Shown piece after piece: positions 53,401-64,000 of a stretch of 64,000 nucleotides of DNA. Both the position numbers and the translations under genes were made by a program. The notes beneath the pieces are model-generated. The model saw only the letters and a program-made list of their open reading frames with translations. It was not told the DNA's origin and made no database searches. Every line of letters begins with the position of its first letter. Position 1 is the stretch's first letter. Origin of the DNA: Ophelia neglecta (lineage: Eukaryota); NCBI GenBank assembly GCA_965285935.1, contig OZ260661.1, positions 94,922,001-94,986,000 of the forward strand, read 5' to 3'.

Positions 53401-56400
53401 AACAGGCATGTTGAAGAGATATACCTAAGCTGCCAAACAATAGCATTTAATTATACAAGTTCAAACATACTGTTATACTAAAGTACAGTGAAACCTGTGA
53501 ATTAAGACCACCAAAGGGACTGGAAATACTGATCTGATTTTGGAGGTGGTCTGTTTAGGTTATTAAACGTTGGAAACATGCAAGATGGTCCTCATATCAG
53601 TGATCTATATTGGCAGGTGGTCTGATTATAGAGGTGGTCTTTAAGGCAGGTTTCACTGTATTCAGTACAGAAGTTTTTATTTGATTGTTGTTTAAATGTA
53701 AAAGTAGTCATGACATCCACCTCATTTCCAGGACCGTGACGACAGAGAGAGGAGGCATAGAAAACAAAAAGAAACTGTTAGTGTTTTGTTCTGTTTTGTA
53801 TGTCGTGGCCATTATTAAGAGGAGGGGGGCTAATAGCTGAAAAGTGGGGTAGTGTGCTTTAAAGAAACCCTTTAGGCATGCTTTTTCGTTTTCAATTTTA
53901 CTAGTATCTCTTCACCTTGATTGGGAAATACTTACTATATACTGTTCTATATTCATTGATATTTCTTAAATTTTTACACTGGAATATCTTATACCCCAGT
54001 TTTTTTATAAGTACAATGATAGTGGCTTACTGTGCCAAAAAAGCTTACTTTTAATAGCTTAAATCCTTAAAAAAAATAGATCTACACTAAAAAATTGTTC
54101 GAGTACTTGATGCTAACCATATTTTGCACATTCTAGATGATTATATACCGTAAAAGAAGGCTTTTTAAATTTGCATTTTTCTTGCAGAATGGAGATGATC
54201 GAGAAAAGTCATCAAGAAGACACAGAGATGAAGATGTGAGTATCAGTGTTTTCTTTTTACAGTTATGTAATGGAGTTACCATGGATTTAGGAATGCACTG
54301 GTATATGTCTCTTTGGTGGCTTTGCAACCTTTATAATTGGTTGTTGGTGAACCTAGCCCTGGTCCATAAGGAATTCTGTTTGTAAGTTCAGACATATTTA
54401 ACTCAGGTTTAATTGCTTTCAGAGTGAAGATAGAGAGAGAAGACATCATGGGCACAGGGATGAGGATGGTGTTAGTTTCAATATTTGAATATTCTCATAC
54501 AACCTTATAATAACTTTATTGGAGCTTACTTGTACTTGTTAATTGTTGTTTAGATCAGCAGAAGCCAAGACTCCATTGTAGACATCAAACTACTTGTACA
54601 AAATACTATTTCAATATTTCTGAATCTCTGAATATTATTCTTACCCATTCTTGTTTTCTTTGTTGCAAACCCCTGAGTAAATTTCTGCTTCCTCTTTGTA
54701 TGGCTGTGTTATTTTTTTCTTCAGGACAGAGACAAAGAACAAAAACATAGAAAACACAGAGATGTTAGTCTGGTTTTTATTTCATTTTCATTACTTGTTT
54801 TTTTTTTGTCTCAGCACTTAACACCTAATGTAAAAAGTTGATAAGATTAAATGATCTTTATTCCAGTTGGGATATTTCTTGGGCTGGATACTTATAAGGT
54901 TATCTATTTATCATATAATTTTCCATTTTCCTCTCCATAAAGGGTGAAGATAGAGAAGACTGGCACATGAAACCAATAGATGATGTTAGTATGAGATTTT
55001 GTGCTTGACAGATTTGCCCCATTTGTTGTACTAATGACAAACTTTTTCCACTAACATAGGATTTCTATCCTCCACAGGAGGTGAGATTTTGATGTGAAGG
55101 CATGGGCTTCAGTTGCTTTGGTTTAAGAATATGAATATGAATACAAAGCCTGCAAGGGTATAGGCATTAAGAACAAATAATCATGAAACATGCCTAAATG
55201 TGTAAAAATGTCTTGCCAACAGAAGACGACCGTTCAGTGCATTGGGCATGTTCAGATTTTGTTAGCCTTGAATCCTAGTCTAATTCCAAAATGCCACAAA
55301 TCAAGAAACTGCCTTAATGGTTTTTTCATTTATTATCATGAGAGAAAGGTCTATTTTATTTGTATGAGAGACCATATTTCCAGACGAAGCTTGTGTTCAG
55401 GATTTGGCATTTTCCAGTTTTTTTGATCATAAAAACTGATTTTTAATTGTGTGCATATTAGAACCAATTGACTTCCTAGCAGTATAGACTGGATTGACAA
55501 TAAGACAAAACAAAGGGTTGTGTGTATTGTTTACACTTGGTGACCAGCATTTCTAAAGAATAGGCACTAGAATATCTCAAGCAATAATAAAAAACTAAGA
55601 AACTAACTAACCCCTAACAATTTGATAATTTATTGTTAAGTAACCATGTCCCAGCAAGGGTGACTTGACAGGAATATTGTCAAGAAATAAATTCAACTAC
55701 AGTTTTAAATTTGATGAGAAAAACCTTTCAAACAATCACTATGATAATATTACCAGCAATAGACTTACAATTTTGATGTGTTGGATAGTTGATTAATTTG
55801 TTTTTCTCGTGTCTGAGCTAATATTGTTTTCATACATGTTTGGTCAACTTCCCTAACTCTGCATTTTTTCATTTAGTGTATTTTAATCTGTCATTTATGA
55901 TCCCCAAATACTGGAAAAAAAGCCAGTACGAAATGGGATCATCATAACATTGTCCAATTTATTAATTTCTGTATGTTTTTTTCTCTGTCTGTGTAGAGGT
56001 ACTTTTTCCGGTTTTGAAGCCTTTCTTCATGTTTGTCTATCACTAATTCATTGAAAGTCTGTAGCTCTTGAATGTGTAAATTTGTATTTCAGAACTCTTA
56101 CTATAAAGACATGTTTAGTCCCAGTGGTGGAAATACTGTAAGTTCATCAACTGCTTAGCTTAGCCTCTTCATTAGCTGTCATTTTGATCAAAATGTTTTT
56201 TGCCAATTTTTTTAGCTAGGTTTCTGTGACCATGTGTTGTGATTATATGATCACACGTCTTGGACAGCTCTACTCCCACTATAACCAGTTCCCTGACTAT
56301 TACTTGTATATACTTCAGTGTAAAATAAGTAGAATAGATACCCTGGTAACTAAGCTTTTTATAGAAAATGAAGCTAACAAGTTGATGTGGGCATTTAGTA

Positions 56401-59400
56401 TTGCCTCAAGATGTGTAATCTCCTTTTGTGATGATGCTTGGTGGTTCTTAAATTCAGTATGCACAATTTCTCATTTTCGTCTGTTAGAATTACCTATCGC
56501 CCAGCAGACAAACACGATTTCAATTTGCAGTAGATGCTAGTCATTTGTAGATATCAAGGTATTTGATTGTAATATGAAAAACTTATAAAATTTCTTTGCA
56601 TTTGCACACTTCCTTTAATTAGGCAACAGTTTTACAGTTCCTTGGTTTTTTTTTTTTCAGCTGAAAACAAATAGTTATTGTTATGGTGATTCAGTTAAAG
56701 AAAAAACCCTTGCCAAACATTTAATTTCACACAATTTACTTTAAACAGTAAATCCATGCCACCCTAAATAGGATCTCCATGTTTATAGAGAAGTACATAG
56801 CTACAGTTATGAGAGATTTTAGCCATGAAGAGAGCAGATGGTAGAAAGGCCTATAGCAAAAACTGCAAGCCAAAATATGGTTTGGGCCGACCATTAAACC
56901 ATAAACTGAATTGAGAAAAGCCGAATGTTTTTAGGGTCTGGTCATTCCACCCCATACTGGTTGGTTTGTGAACCAAGGTATCAAAAATATAGTTTCTAGT
57001 TGTATAATCCTTCAAATTCAGATAGTCATCTTTTTTATATAAAGCAATAATGCATGAACTTTACTGCCTTGTTTCTTTTAATATTGAAAAATGGTGTCAT
57101 TTTTTGTAGGGGGAAGAAAAAGAAAAGAAGCACAGGCGTACTAGAGATGAAGATGTTAGTATCTGCTTCACACAATATATAGTTTGCTGGTTGTGCTTTA
57201 AAATTAACTGCCCTTTTTATTTACTGATGTCATCTGTTGCACTCTTGCATGAATGAGGCATATGGCCATCATATAATGTAATACAATAATATTGTACGAT
57301 AGTGTATAGGTATTTGGAATAATTGAATGGGTTAACTTAACCCATCAATGCCCAATTCAGTATTAACGTCAAAGCAAGAAGGCGGGATGTTTATTCCGAT
57401 GGGGAAGACAGATGCCGTAGACACAGGGATAGATCTCAGGATGAAAATGTTTGTCTTGATATTAATATTAATTGTATAAAATTGCTTTATTAGTGTACTA
57501 ACAAATAACTCTTTCTCTGCAGCATAAATGTATACTGATTAAACTGATGGCTCACGATATGAACTAAATTACGTTAATTGTATTGCAACATTAACATTTA
57601 TGTGATTTATATTTTAGAAATCCCTGTTATCAATGCACCATAATCTCTGCATGTTAACACCAGCAGTTTAAATGGTTATTTTGTTGTTTGCAGGGATCCC
57701 CTTGATATAACTATTTTAATATTACCATTTTGTTATGTTTAGTTTATTTAGTGTATATATTACATGGACTTTAATACATGTATATACTGGAAGAGTAGAC
57801 AGTTTGGTGTGGATTTTAAATTTGTCTACTCTCTAGTGCAAATTTGTGCAGAAATAAATTCTTGCCGAATCAAAACCACTTTTAGCATCTCCCTGTTCAA
57901 TTCCATGGTGCAAAACTTAGTTCCCTACAAGAATACTTCATATTAAAATTATATGGATACAAATTTTTGTCCTGACAATTGTTCTACTCTTGCAGCATTT
58001 GGTTGATGCTATCCTATTTTTGTGAATCGTTTGACCCGTCTGAGTACTGGTTGATTTTACCATTTAGCTAACACTTCTGTGTGTCCCATTAACAGATTTG
58101 ATTTTTCAGTTTTTGGGAAAATGCTAATGATCTGTGGCCATCAATAGCTAAATTCTTCCTAATAACCCAAACCTTCATGCCAAACAAACCAATATTTTTC
58201 AGCTATTTTAGCAAAAAACAAATGTGGTATTTGGATCCACACTGTCCCTGAGAAGTATGTTCCTATTATAAAATGTCCTTTTAGTGATTGTTAAATAATC
58301 AAGTGATAAGAATGCACTGTACTGTGGTTATTAACTAATTTTTAGTCTTATAAAAGGCACATACATGTATTCAATAAAATGGCTCGGGAAGCTGTATGAA
58401 TGTTTGCAGTTACATTATTCTTGGGTTTTGCCTAAAAGAACTATATAAAAAAGCCATTAAATTAAACAGGCCACAGTTATTTTTCCTGCTACTGCAAATT
58501 GGATGCCTCTATGCCCAATTTCTGTTATTGATTTCATATAAAGGAGAAAAAGACTTAATCTGAAATTAACAAAAGGCCAAGAAAGTTGACTACTCTTCTG
58601 CCCTTTATTTTTCAGCTTTTGAGAAAACATCATTGCAGTAACAGGCTGTCACCAGTCATTAAAGTTTCACACATATATTCTCAGGGTGACCGAAAGAAAA
58701 AGGATGATAAGATGCGAAGAGGCGATGAAGACGACCGAAAACGAAGGCACCGTGAAGATGACGAGAAAAGGAAACGCAGAGACGATGACGACAAAAAGCA
58801 TGGACGTCATCGTGATGGTGATGAGGAAAGGAAACATAAAAAACGAGAGGATGAGGTAGTAATTATGAGAAATTATGATTGAAATTAAAAAGTAATAGAT
58901 ATGATGAATATAATGCTCTTTTGTTGAAGTTTCATAAAAATTCGATTTTTTATCGAATGACATCACAGTTTATAGAAGCCTGTTGATTTGGCGGCCTTAG
59001 AAACCAAGGGGAAGCACAATTTTATGCCTTAGCCAAGGACCTGGTCAAATTCCATCCATATGACATGATTGACTTCAGGCAAAAACAACCATTCAAGTGT
59101 GGTACTTTATATTATGTTCAGATTCCTGCAAACATTCACTATTCATAAGAGCTGTTAGGTGGCTAGTGAGGTTGAGAAAATCGAACTAAATCACATTCGG
59201 TCAATAATTTCAAGGGCAAGTGGATATTTTGGCCCCTGGTGCACTGCTGTGTGTGGAGATCGTCTCCACCTCATCATGCTCTTGGCATTATGTATAAAAT
59301 AATTTCCCGGGTTGGGGCAGGATGTAATAATGGTTATTTCTACCATACAATAATTTAAGCATTAGCTGTCTTTTGTGGCTATAACACAGAACTTGACTGT

Positions 59401-60193
59401 AGGACCCTAGCTGGCTAATGGAAGTGAGGTGGATTTGCAGTCATTGATGGTTCAAAGTTCAAAGGTACTGAAACCTGCTGATTGATTAGCACATCTGAGC
59501 AGACAGCATGAACTATGCCAGAAATCCAGCCAACATCCTGCTGTGTACACATACTCATTAAAAACTTGATAGTCTGTAATTGGTCAACTCATAGAACCAT
59601 ATAAAAATTAAACATCCTGGTATAATGGTTCCTGGCATTATACTAGCACTTTTTTTCCACCAGTAAGGACTGAAATAATGGTGAACAGAACAGAACAAAA
59701 GTTGTATACCAAATCATGTCGCAACACAGTTAGACCTACTACTAATATTTATAGTTGCTATTTTCAAACTTTTAAAATCTTGCTTAAACGAATTTCATAT
59801 ATATTTAGACTATGTGCTGTTAAAACAAATGTTTCCGTAGATGATAACATATTTAACTATTTCAAAGTTGTATTGAATACTTATACAGACTGATGAGGAG
59901 AGAAGGAAAAGAAAGGAAAAGGAAAGAGAAAAACGGAGGAAAGAAAAGGAAGAAGAAGAGAAAAGGTAAAGTCATTCCTGGGTTGTACTCTTGCCCCTGT
60001 TTCTTTTTATCTGTAGTTATTGTACCAATTATTGTAGTCATTACTTTATATGGCAAACTGTATGTAGTGAATAACTAAGTAAAATGTTATTGGCAGTTTT
60101 TATTCCTTCTTTCAAAAATAAAACCTCTTTTAATTTATCTGAGAGTTGTTATGTTCATTTTTTTGTACTTGTAGGAAAGAGGAAGAAGAAAAG
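47494..60193 (+). CDS. DYNC2I1: Dynein-2 intermediate chain 1 (WDR60/DYNC2I1), 5' exons only; the WD40 exons are not in this window
   Basis: Exon 47494-47508 (MPSGK) plus 49584-49631 (SKEDTWKSGDLEKQIR) match the recalled human N-terminus MEPGK..TKDDTWKADDLRKHL. R/K/D/E-rich exons follow at 51482-51608, 51835-51995, 52525-52569, 52759-52800, 52957-53007, 53732-53776, 54188-54235, 54423-54470, 54725-54763, 54943-54984, 57110-57154, 58685-58855, 59889-59965 and 60175-60193, all AG/GT-bounded and phase-compatible. Head-to-head position with ESYT supports the call. Confidence 0.82.
52525..57154 (+). repeat. Tandem array of nine homologous phase-0 microexons (39-51 nt) encoding a DRE(R/K)RHRxxR(D/E) repeat
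   Basis: Peptides: DRRKDDKERRKKRDE, DPDDREKRHRRQKE, ENDEDRERRHRRHREEQ, DRDDRERRHRKQKET, NGDDREKSSRRHRDED, SEDRERRHHGHRDEDG, DRDKEQKHRKHRD, GEDREDWHMKPIDD, GEEKEKKHRRTRDED. Five share the donor GTTAGT. Confidence 0.85.
53486..53658. mobile_element. TA-flanked MITE (Tc1/mariner-pogo type) within the WDR60 microexon array
   Basis: TA|CAGTGAAACCTG..TAAGACCACC ... GGTGGTCTTTAAGGCAGGTTTCACTG|TA, with internal AGGTGGTCT repeats. Confidence 0.85.
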
Positions 60194-60312
60194 GTAAGCA
60201 GCTGTACATTATTTTTATCTCATATGCCTTCTTTCAATCAAATCCTTTCCTGATGAGCACCTGTTTTACTTATAGAACACTGTCTTTACTTATTATACGC
60301 TCACACAGTGTA

Positions 60313-61146
60313 CTGTAGAAATCTTTTATTTTGTGGACCCAATGTTTCGTGGTTAGGAAAAAAAGCTTTGCCGGACCATATTTTGCAACTTATACATCCC
60401 AGATATTTGTTTGCGGGGGTTTATTTCAATAGGCAAAGTTTGTTGCCATAAAAAAAATTATGCAGCAGCGAAGCATCGTTTATTTTTGTGAAACTTTTAT
60501 TTAGCGAAGAAGAGGGCACATTTTTGTGACAGATCGTAATCCGTATGCAGTGTTTATCCCTCATGATTTCAGTCAGATTTCAGTAGACCTGCACATGCTG
60601 GCTAGCTAAACCAGACATGAACTCCCACTGAAATGCTGAGGCCCAATAAGTATATAACGCACCCTGTGATTAGTTATTTTTCTTCCTCTTGGCCAGTCAC
60701 ATCAAGCCTTTCTCATGCCGTCAGTATACAAATTGCATATGGCCGACACAGCAAAGAAGTAGTGAATATTCAGCAAATAAATCTGCATTGTGTTACTTAA
60801 TTATAGTCTATCCAAGGGACCAATATTAGCAGCGAGGTAGAAATGTTTTTCCTTGCACAACGTGGATCTTCAGTCGCTTTATATGAGCAAGTAAAGGGGT
60901 GCCTTGTTATAGCACCAGTGAGAAAAACAGCTTAGTCCTGCTAAACTGGTTTTGAGACTTACTCATTTGTTAGTCCCAGAATTTTAATTTTGCTAAAAGT
61001 AATTTTCACATGAAAGCTATATTCACTTTTGCTGGAGTTTTTTTCTTGGAATTTGATTTTCACAACAAAATATGTTATTCCCGCCACTATGGTAAATTTA
61101 CAAAATTCGTGAAATTAAAGTACCACAAAATAGAAGACTTCAACGG
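60313..61146. mobile_element. About 830-bp non-autonomous TA-flanked DNA transposon
   Basis: Left end TA|CTGTAGAAATCTTTTATTTTGTGG versus reverse complement of right end TA|CCGTTGAAGTCTTCTATTTTGTGG (20/24 identical). Confidence 0.7.
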
Positions 61147-61317
61147 TATATCTGTGGGGTTTTGTCTATCTCAAAAAAACCTTTGTTTATTTTTTGTCTC
61201 CACTATTGCACACTTTACTGTCTGCTTAATTCTATCTCTGGACTACATGTCAAATGCATGTTAAATCCATACACAATCTAAAAATTCTAATTTGATGATT
61301 TCTTGTAATACCAATAT

Positions 61318-63735
61318 GTGATCATGAAACCCAAGATGAAAAATCAGAGAAGAATAGGCCACCAAAAGACTACAGAGAGATATAAACAACTTAAAGGCCA
61401 AGATAATTTGAGAAACCAGCAAGAAAAAGTGGTTGACCCTATTCGCTCAAGTTCATCCCCTGCTAATTACGACTACTCTGATGACTTTGAATCTTATACC
61501 AGCTCAGACACCGCCATATGTAGAGCTTCTAGCTCCCATTCAGCAAGCTCAAAAGAAGGCACATCAGGTTATTATGCCGAGAAATCTGTAGCACAAGATG
61601 GACAGAAAATGGCTGTACCAGTAAAGGGTATATCACACCATGAATACCCTGTGTATACAGATGAAAAAGAATTGGATGGAGTGATGAATGATTTGAAAAC
61701 TGCTGAAGATGAACTGGGATTTACATGTAAAACGGATCCTGAAACAATGGTATCCCAACTAGAAAAGGTGCAGAATGACATGGATGCCATGTTTGGTTCC
61801 TATGATCCTATACTGGGGAAGGATGATTACCTTTCTATTGCTATCAGAGAAGTAGAAAAAGCTCAAAGTAAAGAAAACAATTCTGTTGAATTGAAAGAAA
61901 ATTCAGATGCAGTATTCAAACTGGAAGATGAAAACAATAGGACAATTACCACTGATCTGCCTAGTTATGTTTCGGATACTACTATTAAATGTAAGAGAGG
62001 CCCTTTAGAAATTAACCCAAAGAATGACACAACAGATCAGGAACCAGAACTATCAGCTCCTTCAGCCATAGATAATGCAGCAGGCAGTGTTGTGCTAGAC
62101 GTTCTCAGAGCTTCTTTGCAAAAAGTTCAGGGATTTGAACAAAGACTGTGTAGTGGCATATTCAGGAAAATTCCTGCAGTCAAGTCAGTATTCAAACGAC
62201 TGGAGCCTCAAACCAACAGTTCTGAGTCTTCAGTTTCTATTGATTTAGAAAAACCAAATGGTTTAACACCAGAACCATGTGTTGTTTGGGAACCCAGCCA
62301 AGGAGATGCTGAGGAAATCCTCGCAGATTTTGATTCGGTTAAGTACCCAGAGAAAAAGGACAGCACAACAGAACAACTCAAAGAGGAAGAAATACAGCAA
62401 TGTTTGGTAAAAGGAAGGAAGACTGGATTATGGCTTCAGCAGGAAGTGTCACCACCTATTAGCGATTTTATTCAACTTTCAGACAGCAAAGTAGGAAATG
62501 AAACAGCACCTGTGGAAAGGACTCCAGAACCTACTCCAGTGGTCCCTTTCTTGTCTTCTCCTCAGCAAACAGCCACCCATGAGGATCAGTCTGATAACAT
62601 ACTGTCCAATCCCTCTAATTCTGTTAATAAGGGAACAACACCTACTCATGATAATAGCAAAGAAAATGAAAGATGCAATTCTGATCTGCAGATCAGTGCT
62701 GTGAAACTGGACAAGCCCCAAAATAACAGTAGAAAACTGGGCAGTCAGTTAGTTGAAAGCACTCATCCAGATGAGAGTTCAGACAAAACCGAAATCACTC
62801 TAGATTCAATAGCTGATCCTGATCAAAGCAAGAAAAACTCACTGCCATTGTTTGAAAAGAACAATATTGTCTCGCCAAGAAGCTTCAAATCGAGTTCTAG
62901 TGGAAATGCATCATCTTTAAAATTGCCAGAAAAGACACCACTGATTGCTACAGGCAAACCTGCTAGATCGCCAACCATATCTCCTGCCAACTCTCCTTCT
63001 CCAGCAAGATCGCCAGCTCCACCTAAAAGTCCTCGCAGAATATCACTTAACACTAGAACAGGATATAGCTCAAAGCCAAACCCTCTTAGTCCCAAGAAAA
63101 AAAATACTCCAAAGAATACTCTCAAAACTAGATCACCGAGACAAAAGACAATTCATGCAAAGATAACCTCCCCGAGCACCATATCAGCAGCTAACCCTTA
63201 TGAAACAAAAACCAAATCACCAAGACAAGAAAATAAAGTCAAGGAAAGTGCATTAGCAGCAAGCAGTACAAGAAATACAGGTGACAAAGTGAACTCCGTT
63301 TCTAATAGAAGTGATGTTTCTGAACCAATGAGAAAGTCTTTGGGAGAAAAGTCAATGAAATCTCCATTGGAGCTAACCCAACAAAATGCACAATCTCGCA
63401 CAGAGTGTAGTACTGAAACTTCAAAGACACAGTCATCTGTGGGCAAAAGTCTCGACATTTCAAATGTTGAACCTGCTGACAGCACAGAAGTATGTGTGAC
63501 AGGGAGCCAGCAAGTTGCTCACCTTGGAAATGTGGAAGATTCTACAAGTTTTGAACTAGAACCACAAAGTTCATCCCTTCATTCCTATCCTGATGATGAG
63601 GTATTTGAAATGAAGTTATCAACGTGTTGTGAAGATTTATGGTATTTCAAACACATAACCAGTTCTTTCATTTTGTCTCCCCAAACTGTAACACTATTAA
63701 CCAGACTCACTCAAGCCTTGGAAATTTGTTTTTAA
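61318..63735 (+). CDS. 2.4-kb open frame, Ser/Pro/Lys/Glu-rich low-complexity protein; probably a giant exon of WDR60, otherwise a nested gene
   Basis: An 805-codon stop-free frame in AT-rich DNA is very unlikely by chance. The track start is GTG and the first ATG is at 61324. Phase-0 AG acceptors precede 61336 and 61348, and a possible donor GAG|GTATTT lies at 63600/63601. It contains NYDYSDDFESY and many SP[RK] motifs, with no recognisable folded domain. Confidence 0.7.
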   Translation: MIMKPKMKNQRRIGHQKTTERYKQLKGQDNLRNQQEKVVDPIRSSSSPANYDYSDDFESYTSSDTAICRASSSHSASSKEGTSGYYAEKSVAQDGQKMAVPVKGISHHEYPVYTDEKELDGVMNDLKTAEDELGFTCKTDPETMVSQLEKVQNDMDAMFGSYDPILGKDDYLSIAIREVEKAQSKENNSVELKENSDAVFKLEDENNRTITTDLPSYVSDTTIKCKRGPLEINPKNDTTDQEPELSAPSAIDNAAGSVVLDVLRASLQKVQGFEQRLCSGIFRKIPAVKSVFKRLEPQTNSSESSVSIDLEKPNGLTPEPCVVWEPSQGDAEEILADFDSVKYPEKKDSTTEQLKEEEIQQCLVKGRKTGLWLQQEVSPPISDFIQLSDSKVGNETAPVERTPEPTPVVPFLSSPQQTATHEDQSDNILSNPSNSVNKGTTPTHDNSKENERCNSDLQISAVKLDKPQNNSRKLGSQLVESTHPDESSDKTEITLDSIADPDQSKKNSLPLFEKNNIVSPRSFKSSSSGNASSLKLPEKTPLIATGKPARSPTISPANSPSPARSPAPPKSPRRISLNTRTGYSSKPNPLSPKKKNTPKNTLKTRSPRQKTIHAKITSPSTISAANPYETKTKSPRQENKVKESALAASSTRNTGDKVNSVSNRSDVSEPMRKSLGEKSMKSPLELTQQNAQSRTECSTETSKTQSSVGKSLDISNVEPADSTEVCVTGSQQVAHLGNVEDSTSFELEPQSSSLHSYPDDEVFEMKLSTCCEDLWYFKHITSSFILSPQTVTLLTRLTQALEICF

Positions 63736-64000
63736 TGTTTGGTATATATTTATTTGGTATATTTTATTACTTTCCCTTTTAAAGTTGTTTCTTCTCAGGT
63801 TGCATTGATGAAGAATCTTATGTTCACATAATATGATATTAGGATAAGAACAAACCTATCATGTGACAACTTATTTTTGTTTTTGGGCAACTTATGGTTT
63901 ATACTGGAAAGAGCAGGATACAACATTAAATTATATATGGTATTATTTATTGCCTTTTGAAGCCCATATTTCATTGACTGCCAATATACTTAAACATGTT

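Noticed and set aside
1-64000. CRISPR arrays, operons, rRNA or tRNA genes
   Set aside because: None seen. The DNA is spliceosomal-intron-containing eukaryotic sequence, and the periodic repeats at 52-57 kb are coding exons rather than repeat-spacer units.

Overview
AT-rich, intron-rich animal genomic DNA, probably a lophotrochozoan such as a mollusc (inferred from gene content and repeat types). It holds two head-to-head gene pairs. Pair 1 is WDR91 (- strand, 15 coding exons, 3399-14655, with a U12-type AT-AC intron) and an ankyrin-repeat/SOCS-box gene with an intronless CDS (+, 15697-18129). Pair 2 is extended synaptotagmin (ESYT2-like, -, 19 core coding exons, 23321-46463, with a GC-AG intron and candidate 6-nt and 48-nt cassette exons) and the 5' part of the dynein-2 intermediate chain WDR60/DYNC2I1 (+, from 47494). 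The most unusual structure is in WDR60. Its charged N-terminal region is built from a tandem array of at least nine homologous phase-0 microexons (39-51 nt), plus a 3/21-nt candidate and a decayed copy, followed by a 2.4-kb Ser/Pro/Lys-rich open frame that can be spliced in frame. Introns carry TA-flanked MITEs and a nested transposon cluster. Exon boundaries were read by eye and checked for phase continuity. Gene names rest on recalled similarity to vertebrate proteins, not database searches.
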